Below, in pieces: positions 36,507-48,875 of a stretch of DNA of 64,000 nucleotides; the stretch's first letter is position 1; each line of letters begins with the position of its first letter. Position numbers and translations under genes: made by a program. A model generated the notes under the pieces. The model worked only from the letters and a program-made list of their open reading frames with translations, did no database searches and was not told where the DNA came from. Origin of the DNA: Dipteris shenzhenensis (Eukaryota); the NCBI GenBank assembly GCA_047967505.1, contig CM106538.1. One strand, 5' to 3'.

Positions 36507-39490
36507 CCTCTGGCGTCATGCCATGTATTGCTACAGTGGGAAACCTGTTCATTATATAGACTGCTGTAGCAACTGCTTCAGCCCAATAATAATCTGGTAG
36601 ATCTTTTTCATTTAGCATAGCCCGAGATACCTCTCCAATATGCCTATTTTTTCTTTCTGCAATTCCATTTTGCTGTGGGGTATGATTGCATGAATATTGC
36701 TGCTTTATACCATGCTCCTGCAAGAACCTTGCAAACTCATTTGAGAGGTACTCTCCCCCTCCATCTGACCTTAGGCATTTTATTTGCAGGCCTGTTTCTT
36801 TTTCAACCATAGCTTTGAAAGCTTTGAAGTGCCCAAACACTTCACTTTTCTTTTTCATAAAATACACCCACAATTTTCTGCTGAAGTCATCAATAAATGT
36901 GACAAAATAGTGATAGCCTCCAATAGATGCAGCTTTTGTAGTCCACACATCAGAGTGGATTAATTCCAATGGCTTTTTACTCTCTTGAACATGCCTAGGA
37001 AAAGGTTTCCTTGCCTGTTTCCCAAATTGATAGGCTTCACAAACCTTGTGCATTTCTGCAACCTTGAATTTAGGCAATCCTGCAACAATATTTTGGGCTT
37101 GCATTGATTTAAGTCACTGTATATTAACATGACCAATGCGTTTGTGCTAGATATCAATATCTGCAACTACACTGGTCCCATGTGCAAACATTGCTGCACT
37201 CAATTCAGGCATGTCTGCATCCAACGTAAACATCCTGCCCTTCTTCTTTCCTTTTGCTATCAAGCGACCATTATTTTTCATATCGTCAACAAAGCATCCA
37301 TGAGGATTAAATCTGACCTGCAAGCCCCGCTCAACCATCTGACCAACAGAAACCAGGTTCTTGGTGATGTTCGGAACATGAAATACATCAGACAAGTATT
37401 TCTTTTTCCCATCCTGCATAGACAAAGGAATTTTGCCAATCTGCACAATAGGATGTGCAGTATCATCACCAGTCTCCACAAATCCTGGTTTTTCCATTTT
37501 TCTTGCATCCTGCATCCATTCAGCATGACCTGTCATGTGGTTTGACGCACTTGAATCAACATACCACACATCATTGCTTTCTTCGAGCTTTCTTCTGCAC
37601 TTGTTACAGAATTTGTCATATGCTGCACCATAAACAAATGCTCAATTCTGTCATCACCCTATCTACTAGAGGATGCATAATTGCCTTGCTGCAATTTTCC
37701 ATTCATAATGTCATTCTGCTTTTTGTAGCAGTCTTTAGCCATATGATCCATTTTGCCACAATAGTAGCATTCAACATTGCTGTTTGCATTTTGGCCTCTC
37801 TGCCATCCACCACGGCCTCTTTGGCTCCCCCTGCCTCTAGAGTTACCACGTCCTCCTGCATAGGACTGGTTTTCTTGCGTTTGTTGCATATTCTGATTTC
37901 TACCACGGCCTGCAGATCGGCCTCCTCTACCTCTGCCTCTACCTCTGCCAGCATTTGAGTAGAAGACAGTTTCTTTTGAAGTTCCTGCTGAAGAAGATGC
38001 ACCCCCATTTCTCTGCTCTTCAGAAATTAGAAGAGCAATCAACTCCTCAAAATCAGGAAATTTTTCACGGACGTCAATGGATGTCTGAAACTGTGCATAA
38101 TCCTTTCCTAGACCATTCAAGGTCACAGAGACCAAATCGTCATCATCCACTGGCGACCCAATGGAAGCAAGTGCATCTGCAATTTTCTTCACTTTCATGT
38201 GGTAGTCATTTATGCTCAAATTTTCTCTCTGCACATTGTGCAACTCCTGTTTGAGTTGCATTTTCCTGGCTTGCATATTTGTGCTATACATTTTTGCCAA
38301 AGTATCCCATGCCTCCTTTGGCGTATTTGCATCCTGAATATGCACAATTATGGAGTCCGAAATACTGATAGACAGCCAGTACATAACTTTCCTGGCTCTC
38401 TCATGCCATCCTTCAAATGCCTGCATTTCCTGTTGACTGGGAACATTAGGAAGAACAGGTTCTTCTTCATTTCCTATAATGAACTCCCAATAGCCTTTTC
38501 CCATCAAGAAATTCGTCATTCTAAACTTCCATGCCTGGAAGTTGTTCTTGTCAAGCTTTTCAGTGATAATTTGTGAAACTGAATCAGATGCCATTACAGA
38601 GCACTGCAAAATATTCTGTCACTGCAAAAAAACACAGCTTTTGCCTCACACGGGCAGATCTGCAAAACTGACAAAAGTGGTATTTCACGACACAGTCACT
38701 TCCTAGTGACGATTTTGCATCAACAGGCAACAAGCATGAATCTGCAACTCCCAATGTCTCTGCGCATAGGCATACGATGCAATTTCTGCGGCAACTTTTC
38801 ACCGATCTGCAGAATAGTGGTCGCACAGCAAAAACAGGGCCTTTTTCTGAGCGCCTGCGGAGAACTTCCGCCTCCAAGACGGGCCCCGAAATGACCTCGA
38901 ATCAGAAAAATAAAGTCACCGGGGGCTTCGTCCTCGCCCGCAGCATATAATGCCCTCTCACCACACCATGAAGGGCGTCTCAATCTGAGACAGTGCACTC
39001 TTGCACTTCCGGCTGTGCTACCTGCAGAGATTTGCTCCCAAACTCAAAAAAGGAAAGCAACACTGGTCCTCTTACCAGGACACTGCGAACTTGGTTTGCT
39101 TTCTTGCGCTCCTTACCATGAACCTGGCTCTGATACAATGTGAAGATTGTGGGAGAGAGGGAAGGAGTCTCACTTACGGCTTTCTCACATGCACAATGGG
39201 GGAATACACACAAAGGTGGAGGCTGAAAACAGTTTTCCTCTTCTTAGTTGTGAAAGCCAAAAGAACTCTAGTACAAAGAAATAGAAGAACCCTATATGTG
39301 GGTCTCAAACCAAACTCAACTAACTAAGGTGGCATACTAACTGAGCCACGAACTAGTGTAGATAAGGATAGCTGTCATCCAGCTATTATTCGTGGGCGGT
39401 GTACCAACCGCATCTCCAGCTAACAAGTCGGTGACATAAATGCACAACAGTCACCCTGGCATATCGCGAGTGGAGCTCGATATCTCAACA
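36507..39490 (-). mobile_element. Copia family A element: 5' LTR 39139-39490, gag, protease, integrase; truncated by the family B insertion
   Basis: ORFs 37659-38609 (gag, CYYCGKMDHMAKDC zinc knuckle), 37147-37569 (WYVDSSASNHM) and 36463-37104 (LIHSDVW, LRSDGGGEY, PQQNGIAERKN). Confidence 0.92.
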
Positions 39491-40548
39491 AAGTTGAGCA
39501 CAGACAAGACCCTACTATGTACAAATGCATAGTAGGAAGTTTGATTTATATGACCATTACCAGGCCCAATTTGAGCTATGCTATTGGGTTGGTAAGTCAG
39601 TTTATGCAAGCTCCAAGGAAACTGCATTTGGATGCGGCTAGACGCATACTGAGGCATTTGAAGTCCACATTGTAGTATGGACTATTTTATGAGACTGGGG
39701 TTCACATACAATTGCATGGATACACTGATGTTGATTGGGCTGGTAGTATTTCTTATAGATGATCTACCAATGGATATGTGTTCTCTTTTGGGAGTGCTAT
39801 AGTCACTTGGAGCAGCATGAAATAGCCTACAGTTGCCTTGTCGAGCATAGAGGCTAAGTATAAGGGTATAGCAATGGCTGCATGTGAGGCAACTTGGTTG
39901 CATAAGCTACTTTATGATATGCATCCTACAGATGGGCCAGTTGTCATTTATTGTGACAACATAAGCAATATACAGTTGGCAAATAGCCCAGTCTATCATG
40001 CTAGAACAAAGCACATTGAGGTGCATGATCACTACGTGTGGGAGAAGGTTCTAGTAGGTTTTATTGATCTAGTTTATGTCAGTCAGAGGATCAAGTAGCC
40101 GACATATTCATGAAGACGTTGGGCACAGATAAGCTGCGCAAGTTTAGAGATCTACTTGATGTGCAGGAATTGGGATTGAGCTTGAGGGAGAGTGTTGAGA
40201 TATCGAGCTCCACTCCTGATATGCCACGGTGACCGTTGTGCATTTATGTCACCGACTTGTTAATTGCAGATGCGGTTGGTGCACTACCCATGAATAATAG
40301 CTGGATGACAGATATCTTTATGCACTCTAGTTCGTGGCTCAGTTAGTATGCCACCTTAGTTAGCTGAGTTTGGTTTGAGACCCACATATAGGGTTCACCT
40401 ATTCCTTTTGTACTTAGAGAGTTCTTTTGGCTTTCACAACTAAGAAGAGGAAAACTGTTTTCAACCTCCACCTTTGTGTGTATTCCTCCATTGTGTATGT
40501 GGGAAAGCCACAAGTGAGACTCCTTCCTTCTCTCCCACTCTCTTCACA
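39491..40548 (+). mobile_element. Copia family A 3' end: RT/RNase H remnant, PPT and 3' LTR (40193-40548)
   Basis: YCDNISNIQLANSPVYHARTKHIEV, then GAGGGAGAG followed by TGTTGAGATATC...TCTTCACA. Confidence 0.9.
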
Positions 40549-43500
40549 AACTATCCCGTGAGGAGACCAAGCACTGGGCCAATCATCCTGCTAAAGAGTA
40601 CCAGCCTTAATCTGCTTGGCTTTGAGTAGGGCCATGTGGTTGCAGTGGCCCTACAAGTCATCACGCGGCAAGGCATTAGGCAAAGCAATGAGGAAGTTCA
40701 CAAGGAAGAGTAAAGGATCCTAGTTGCTTGGCCTCGAGATTCCCCCACATCCCCTAACTCAATCCAAGAAGACCATTCGAGTAGGTGACGGCTGCAACCA
40801 GGTGACGACTGTGACCAGGTGCTCATCCAGGACAGTTTTGATGAGGAGATAGCTACTCTTGCCACCTCCTCTACTTCCAAACAAGCTTTCACCTAGGGTG
40901 ACCATGAAGTGCTTCGGAGCCCAAAGGTAAACAATCAAGTATAGGCTCAAGGCCTAGCACCCTCGCCCTCCTATAAGGAGACCTATCCCGACTTGCCGGT
41001 CCTAGAAAAGCAATACATAAAAGATGCATAGAACTTGGTATGGGACTACCAAGAGAAGTTCTAGCATTGACTAAAGGTCAGCAGAGGGTCAAATACTATT
41101 CATCTAGCCCACTTGATGGGTCACCGAGGGGCGAAGTTGCTAAAGATGCCGGAGAGGGTGGAGGAAGAGGAATAGCTTCAAGCAGTCAAAAACTATAGAT
41201 CTAATGCAAAAGATGTTCTAGGAAGACCTAGTATTGCAGAATCTAGGGGAAATCCCATCCTATGGCATGATCTATCCAATTGGATGAATAGACCATTCTT
41301 ACCCCCAACCCTTGCTAGCCCTATGCCCAACCAATCATTGCCAGAAAAGGGGTAGAATCTACCTAAGGTTCCCATCAAAAGTTGTGTTAGAGGCATTACA
41401 CGAAAACTTGGGCAATGTTGTTCGAGGGAGGGGAGTTTGGGCAGCTTCTTAGGTGGGTAGGGCAAGATCTAGAGGAGGTGGTAGTAGATTTTTTACAGTG
41501 GGAGTGATGGTACTAAAGAGGGTTATTGCACTATTTCCCTCTTCCTTGGTGACTTCCTTTCGGTAGGCTATGTGAATTGTTTCAAAATTGCTCACCAAGG
41601 ACACAAGTGAGTCTTGGAGAGCATGTAGCACCCTATTAAATAGAATTATTATTTTGCCATTATGAAGGGGGATAGAGTGGCAACCACAAGCCATTATGAA
41701 AGAAACAAGAGAACACCAAAAACATTCTCTTGGAAGAGAAGAGGGAGCTTGTATTCAACTTGTGCAAACAACAATGAAGACCAAAGCCAACCATTTGGCC
41801 TTTTATACAAGTCACCTTTTGAAGGGAGGGCCAACCCTTTTCCTTTTTAGCACTCTCCCTCTCTTTACAACCAAAGGCTCTTCGGCCCATAGGGTGCCAA
41901 GGCATATTGCTATTCTTACCATCTCTCCCTACTTGTAGAAAAAGCGCTTGTGTTTTTAGAGCACTTGGGACAAGCCTAGAATTAGGAGGTGGTCCTAACC
42001 ACTTCCCAAATAGCGCTTGTGTTAGCCTCATGCCTCCTACTCAAATTCGTGAATGCCCTCATGCCTTAAACCATTTGTGGTTCAAATCCCATGCCTGAGG
42101 CTCAAAACTTGGAGTGGTGAGGCTTAACTTCTGCGAGATACCCCACGATAACCCTGCACATTGCCTCAAATCCTTTGCTTTGAAATATCAGGGAATCAAA
42201 CTCCCTGAGTGTGAGTTGTACTCCTTTTATTTCTATTTTCATTGGCGTGGCTATTTCCATGGACGTAGACTTGAAGTGTGCATGTTGCTTGCACTATTTG
42301 GTCTTGGTGTTAGCTAGAACATACAACCTATGCCTGGAATCCTTGAATTCTTGGACTTTGGAGTGGACTTTGGGTGTTTGGGGATCAAACTCCCTCAGTT
42401 TGATCTATACTCCTTTTGCATGCACATTGCTTGTAATCATTGGTTGGGGGTCAAACTCCTTGAGCTTGTCTATTGAAGTAGATCATACAGCCGGGTCACC
42501 TTTAATCACTGATTACACTACATTTGGTGGTTGTACTCTATGGATGTTAACATGCCCCCTTTCCTGCTACTAATCCCTCCTCGAGTCTGCCACGTTGGAC
42601 GATGTTGGTGGTGAGGATAGTCTGTAGGACAACATAGTGGTCCAACTATCGTGACATGAGGTGAGTGAGGTACAAGCGGTACTTTGTATGTGCGGAGGTG
42701 ATGAATGTGGAGATTGACAATCTGGTTGTTCAAATTGTGGAAGCGATCTCGATGGGGTGACTGTGAGTGGGAAGATCACGAAGGAGTAAGAGGAGGAGGT
42801 GGTTGAAATGTACCATGGTGACGATGGTAGGATCTAGAATTGAGTCGTATGTGTCGTTGAATTACTGGAGGTGAAATAAAAATCCCTCCTGAGTCATCTC
42901 TTTGGGGAAGTTGTACTTGGAAAAGTTGAACAACACATTTGGGTCCTTCTACTGGAGGTCTCGACATGCGGCCCAAGTCCATCATCATTCCATGGTCATG
43001 TACAGTGGGTGGACTCGATGATTGATGGGTGTGCTATGGTAGTAGCATGAAAATTTCTCTAGCTTTAAGAAGGGGAGCCGCCATTGTGGCTACAGATTAA
43101 CATCGGCATCGGTCGTGGGGACTAGGGCATCGGGGGCAAGCCTGTATCCTCCACTTGTGCACTTAGGATGCGAGTGGTGCCAATCATCAAAGGACTGCAT
43201 GATGAATTGGTGCACCTCAAGAATTTCATAGAGGTGGAGGTTTGAGCCCTCAAGTTGGCACTTCCAATGGTGCATTAGGATGCTATCGTGCAGCTCCTAA
43301 AAGGACTGTAAGTCTGGGTGCCAGTAGACATCTTCAGGGGGTGAAACTGGCGAGGATGGTGGAGCGTCATCATCTGCATGTGGCATGGGCTCCAGCTTTG
43401 TTGTGCCTACAAGCATTGATGCATCAACTCTTTGTATAGAATTGGCTACTGTGAGTAGTGTGTTGAAGGCTTCGTCAAGAAGATCGACTGGAGCACTAGA

Positions 43501-44509
43501 GGAGATGGACGGGGAGGGTCCGTGGTATGCGATGGTGGTGTTAGAGGCATTAGATGAGTACTTAGGCAGTGTTGTTCGAGGAAGGGGAGCATGGGCAACT
43601 TGTTGGGTGGGTAGGGTGGGATCTAGAGGAGGTGGTAGCAGAATTTTTGTAGGGGGGCAGTGGTATTAAGGAGGTTGATTACATTATTTATGTCTTCCTA
43701 GGTGACTTCCTTTAGGTAGGCTACGTGAATTGTTTCGAAACACCAAGGACTCAAGTGAGTCCTATAGCACCCTATTAAAGAGGATTATTATTCTGAGGGG
43801 TTGGTAAGTTGTGGACTCATAGCCCACAAGGTGCCCTTGAGATTGGACGGTTGAGGCTCGATCGTAGGTCTGCATCTAGTCTATGTCTACATGTGTAGAC
43901 TTGCGGGAGTGCAGACCCATGGTGTGATTTCCTCGAGCTTTGCAAGTTGCATCACTTTATTATCCATATGATAATTAAGGGACTCAGTGAATGATGTGGC
44001 ACCAGGCAAACGGGGTTCAGTTTGGGTCCCAAACGGATGAGTTATGAGGGGTTAAAGAAGGGGTAAAATTTACTTTTTTGTGGGGGGGTCCTAATGGTGG
44101 TGTGAATGGACTTTAAGTCCAATTGAGGGGTTTGAACCAAGTTAATCTAGTTAGATTAACTAACCCTAGATCCTCCCAGTTATTGTAAGTGGGAGATTAA
44201 CCTAACTTTGTAGGTCCTGTAGGCCCATAACATTGCCATGAGCTTATGCTTCTAGGCAGTACGATCGTGTTGGCTCTTTCCAATGGCTTTCGTAGGAAGA
44301 GTAGGGTATTCTCAATATGCAGGGTTTCAAGGCTTTTTGTCACCTAGAGATATATCAAGGTTGTTGGTTGTAGTATATGTGTAGCTTAGGACCTCGAGTC
44401 GTGTTCCAGTGAGAGACGTAGGCTTAAGTGTGGTAAGCAAACAAAGTGCATGCATGTGTATCATCATGATTGAGGTAATGAAGGCTTTCGCATTCATTAG
44501 GGGTTGCAA

Positions 44510-45480
44510 GGTTTAGGAGGAGTTTAACAGTTATAAGGAGGTTCCAGGGTTAGAAGGAGTTCTAAGTTTAGAGAGAGGTTCCAGAGTTTAGGAGAGTTTC
44601 CAGGGTTAGAAGGAGGTTCCAAAGTTTAGAAGGAGTCCAGGGTTAGAAGGAGGATCCAAGGTTCAGGGTAGAGTACATGGTGGAGAACTCGTCTCCCTCA
44701 TAGATCAGAGGAGGAGGGAGGAGGAGGAGGAGAAGGGAGGAGGAGAGAGGAGGAGGAGAAGGAGGAGGGAGGAGGAGGAGGAAGGAGGAGAGGGAGAGGA
44801 TGGGTTGCAAGGTTGGAGGAGAGGGGAGGAGGAGTTGCAAGGTTAGGACATGCTTTTGGATGTGGAGTGCAAGGAAGCATGGACACTTGAGACAATTGCT
44901 TGGAATACCAAAGTAGAACTCGATACAATGCCCCAAAGAGTGTGGGCTTCATTCCATTATGGGGTATTTATACAAGTTGGAGAGCTTCTTTCTCTACATG
45001 TAGGAAGTGTAACACATTCTCTCTCTACATGTAGAGCTTGCATATAGAAGTTGCATGTACAAGTCATATGTAGAACTTGCATGTAGAACTCGCATGTACA
45101 ACTCGCATATAGAAGCATATAGAAGTTACATGTACAAGTCGTATGTAGAACTTGCATGTAGAACTCGCATGTACAACTCGCATGTAGGAATTGCATGTAG
45201 AAGTTGTATGTAGCACTTGCATGTAGAACTCGCATGTAGGAGTTGCATGTAGAACTCGCATGTACAAGTCATATGTAGAACTTTCATGTAGAACTCACAT
45301 GTAGGAGTTGCATGTAGAAGTCGTATGTAGAACTTGCATGTAGAACTCGCATGTACAACTCACATGTAGGAGTTGCATGTAGGAGTTGTATGTAGAAGTC
45401 ATATGTAGAACTTGCATGTAGAACTCGCATGTAGGAGTTGCATGTAGGAGTTGCATGTAGAACTTGCATGTAGAACATGC
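44510..45480. repeat. Tandem repeats in the gypsy 3' non-coding region
   Basis: ~19-bp CCAGGGTTAGAAGGAG units (44510-44670), a (GGA)n tract, and ~13-bp GCATGTAGAACT(T/C) units (45020-45480). Confidence 0.85.
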
Positions 45481-48428
45481 AAGTCGGATTTCTAAGAGGG
45501 ATTATTTCTAGCCTTATGCAAGAACAAGCGGAGCTTTGCCGCTACTCTACACACACATTCTGTTCTACCTAAGTCCCTGTTGGCACAGAGTCAACAGATT
45601 GGCTTCTACCATACATGTGATGATCTTGCAGCATGTTTTGTTGGAGCTCTCAGCCAAGCCATTTGCCCTAGTATGGCGTTGACTTCCTATGAATGATCAA
45701 ACTCACTTGTCAGGATTGCTATCGTTTTGTTGAGGAATTGAGTTCCTCGGTCACTGACTAACTCCAATGGACATCCGAACCACATAATGACTTGTTCATA
45801 TAAGAATTTGGCGATGGATCTCACATCAGCCACCGTCACCATGGCTCTTCCTTTATACCCACTTGGTGAAGTAGTCGGTGGCCAGGATGATGTATCTAGC
45901 CCTAGTCCCCTTAGCTACTGGGCTTATGGGACCAATGAAATCGATGCCCCATTTTTTGAAGGGTTGGTCAGCCACAATTTCGGTGAGGGGCATCATGTTT
46001 GCCTTGTGTGGTATTTGGATACACTGGCAGGGGCCACATTGTTTGATGAATTTGGCCGCGTCTCCACAGAGCGTTGGCCACCAAAGACTGGCTTGCAGCA
46101 CTTTATGTGCTGTAACATCAGCGGGAAAAATGACATCTTATCATTCTTGAGTGGGCTTCTTCAAGCACCTCGATGTATTCATGTTCGCACACGCATCTTT
46201 GCAGTATGCCATCCTTGCCCATGCGGTATAGTTGGCTTGCTATCAGTTGATATGGTGCTGCGTCCGTGATGAGTTTGTGGGCTCTATCCTTCTTAAGGGC
46301 CTAACCTAGGGGTAATCCGTTGGCCAAGTAGTGGCCAATTTCGATAGCCCATTCGGGAATGATATCGAGTAAGAAGAGAGAAGTGTCGAGGAGATCATCT
46401 TCTACTCCCGTTGGAGCCTCACCATTTGGGATTCTCGATAGGTGATCGGCCAAGATGCCGGTTTGGCCTTTACATACAGCAACTGTGAAGTCGAATTCTA
46501 GCAGGATCAACATCCACCTAGTGATGAGTCCCAGCATGCACGGTTTGTTGACCAAGTATAGCAATGCTTGATGGTCCATGAAGAAGAAAAACTTGTTAGC
46601 TAACAAGTAGTACCTAAACTTCTTTACTGCATAGACCATGGTGAGACCTTCTCTCTCAGTGGTAGTGTAGTTAACCTTGGCCTTGTTTAGTTGGCAGCTC
46701 GCAAAGTATATCAGGGTAATCTAAATTATGCTCCCCGGGTTAGGCTAACACACATCCGATGGCAAAGTTAGAGGCACCGATATGGACATGGAATATTAAA
46801 TTCCAGTCGAGTGACCTCAACATGCGTGTGGTGACTAGAGCTAGTTGGAGGGTTTCAAAGGATGTTTGGCATTCCTCCACTCAAAGGATACTAGCAGTTT
46901 GTATAATGGATGAGCTATGTTCTCATAGAACAAGATGAATCTCTGGTAATAGCCCGTGTGGCTAGTAAATCGTTGGAGTCCCTTGGCATTGGTGGGGGGT
47001 GGTAACTCCAAGTACCGGCTCGGTGTCATCCATCATGGGCATTGTGTGCTGCACTACTATAGCAAGCACCCTTTCATGTCAGTGTATTTCCAAGCCATGC
47101 AGTGCTTGTACTCTTGTAGGAGAGCTATTAAGGCATTCTCCTCATTGGGGGTGAGGTCATTGATGACAAATATGGGTTGTGGGTCTTGCCCTTCTAGGAC
47201 TAGGTTTACCTCTTTGACCGAGGCCGTTGACTGAGGCCAGCCCATCATACCCTTGAGAACAACTGTCCTCTCGAGACCTCTTTGCCTGTTGCTATAGATC
47301 TTACAATCCTGAATAGTATAGGCCTTATAGTGGGCTGGTACTTGCCATAGGTCCTCTTTATCCTCAATTTACTCCTCTTTTTCTGCCGTAGTAGTGGTTT
47401 TTTTGGCCTTAGCCTTGCATTTGGATACAGAGAATTTGGGACCTGAAGGGGGCTCTTCCATTGTACTTATAGAGCCGATAGGTGTGGTTAATCTACTTAC
47501 CCTATTTCCATAGTTGGAGGAGATCTTGTGGTGAGCAGTCATGGCACCTACATAGGATAGCCAATGAAGATCTAATTTTACCCTCACGTTTCCCTTGCCT
47601 ACCTCTTGGGGTTTGAGCATGTTAAACATTCTTAGGGGAACCACTGAGGTCAAACCCTTGAGCTTTGGGTGGTTATCCAAAACCATACACTTTTTGGGAC
47701 ATCTATATTGGCTAAGATTCGCATCCGGTTCTGTCAGAATTCTAGCTTAGGGAGGGGTGCATACCAGAAGTCATCAGACTCTTTCTCATCCTCTTCCTTG
47801 TCACAACGGTTGGAATAGCTTTACGGAGGTTGTTCGGGTAGTGGTGTTGGACTCTGCTGATGGCAAAGAGGTGTCTTGACAATGGGTGGGCCTTATACGT
47901 GTGTAGGTCCACTCTCATGGTTTGCTCCTCGTGCCGCAAGTAGATGTTATCATTACACCAGTCATGCATGAGTCCGAACATTCGCCAAGAAGGGCCTACC
48001 TAGGATAGCTTCATATCCTAGAACCTGATGGGGTACATGAATCCAAATACCTTAATGTTTATGCCAGTCAGCACTCCCAGAGGTTTGGCAGTTCCCCCAT
48101 CGTCTAACTTTACTACCAGATGGGTCTGCTCGAGTGCAAGATTTCCCCATTTCTCCCAACATTCCTTAGTGCACTCACTCACTCCTGCTTCCCCATCTAG
48201 GATGGCTTCCACCTTCTAGTTTTGACACACTATGGGGATAGAGGCATTTGTGTCATCACTCTCAAAGTATTGGCCTAGCTTGTTCACAAGAACCTTAGGT
48301 AGGTTCTGCCTCTTTTCTAACATTGATTGGTTGGGGGCTTAGGGCTGGCAGCAGTTGGAGGTAGGAATGGTCTGTTCATCCAATTGGACAGATCATGCCA
48401 TAGGATGGGATTTCCTCTTAGTAGGGAA

Positions 48429-48875
48429 CCCGAGGGATTCACAGGGGGAAACTTATGATATCACGTGAGTGTACAATAGGGTTTTTTTTTGAAATGAGGC
48501 ATAAGCTTATACATTAGGGGTGGGGGACCTTTTTTTTTCCCCAATATTGAATTTAAGCTAGGGGGACCATGTCATATTTAAGAAGGGGGGACATAATATA
48601 GGTTACCTTCGGTAACTAGTCCAAACAAGTTTGATTTTATATATGGTTTTAAATAGTCATAAGGAAAGTAACCTAAATTTGCTTATTGTGTAATCTAAAT
48701 GCTTGAGAGAGAATGTAGATTTAAGGAAAGGGGGGGACATAATGGAATTTTGGTGGTATCTTATAAGCTTAAATAGGGGTGTTTTGTCATCCTACGTGGA
48801 TCTTAAATAGGGGGTTTCCTTGAAGTTCATGCACGCAGGTGACGTCCCCCTTTAATGAAGAGTGAATCCCCTGGG
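48429..48875. mobile_element. 447-bp non-autonomous TIR element (MITE-like) with 8-bp TSD
   Basis: TSD GTAGGGAA at 48421-48428 and 48876-48883. TIRs CCCGAGGGATTCAC / GTGAATCCCCTGGG match at 12 of 14 positions. The interior is non-coding. Confidence 0.8.

Noticed and set aside
1648-40548. Single copia element (5' LTR at 1648, 3' LTR at 40193) enclosing everything between
   Set aside because: Same subfamily and orientation, but the flanks TAGAT and AACTA do not form a TSD, so the pairing is unsupported.
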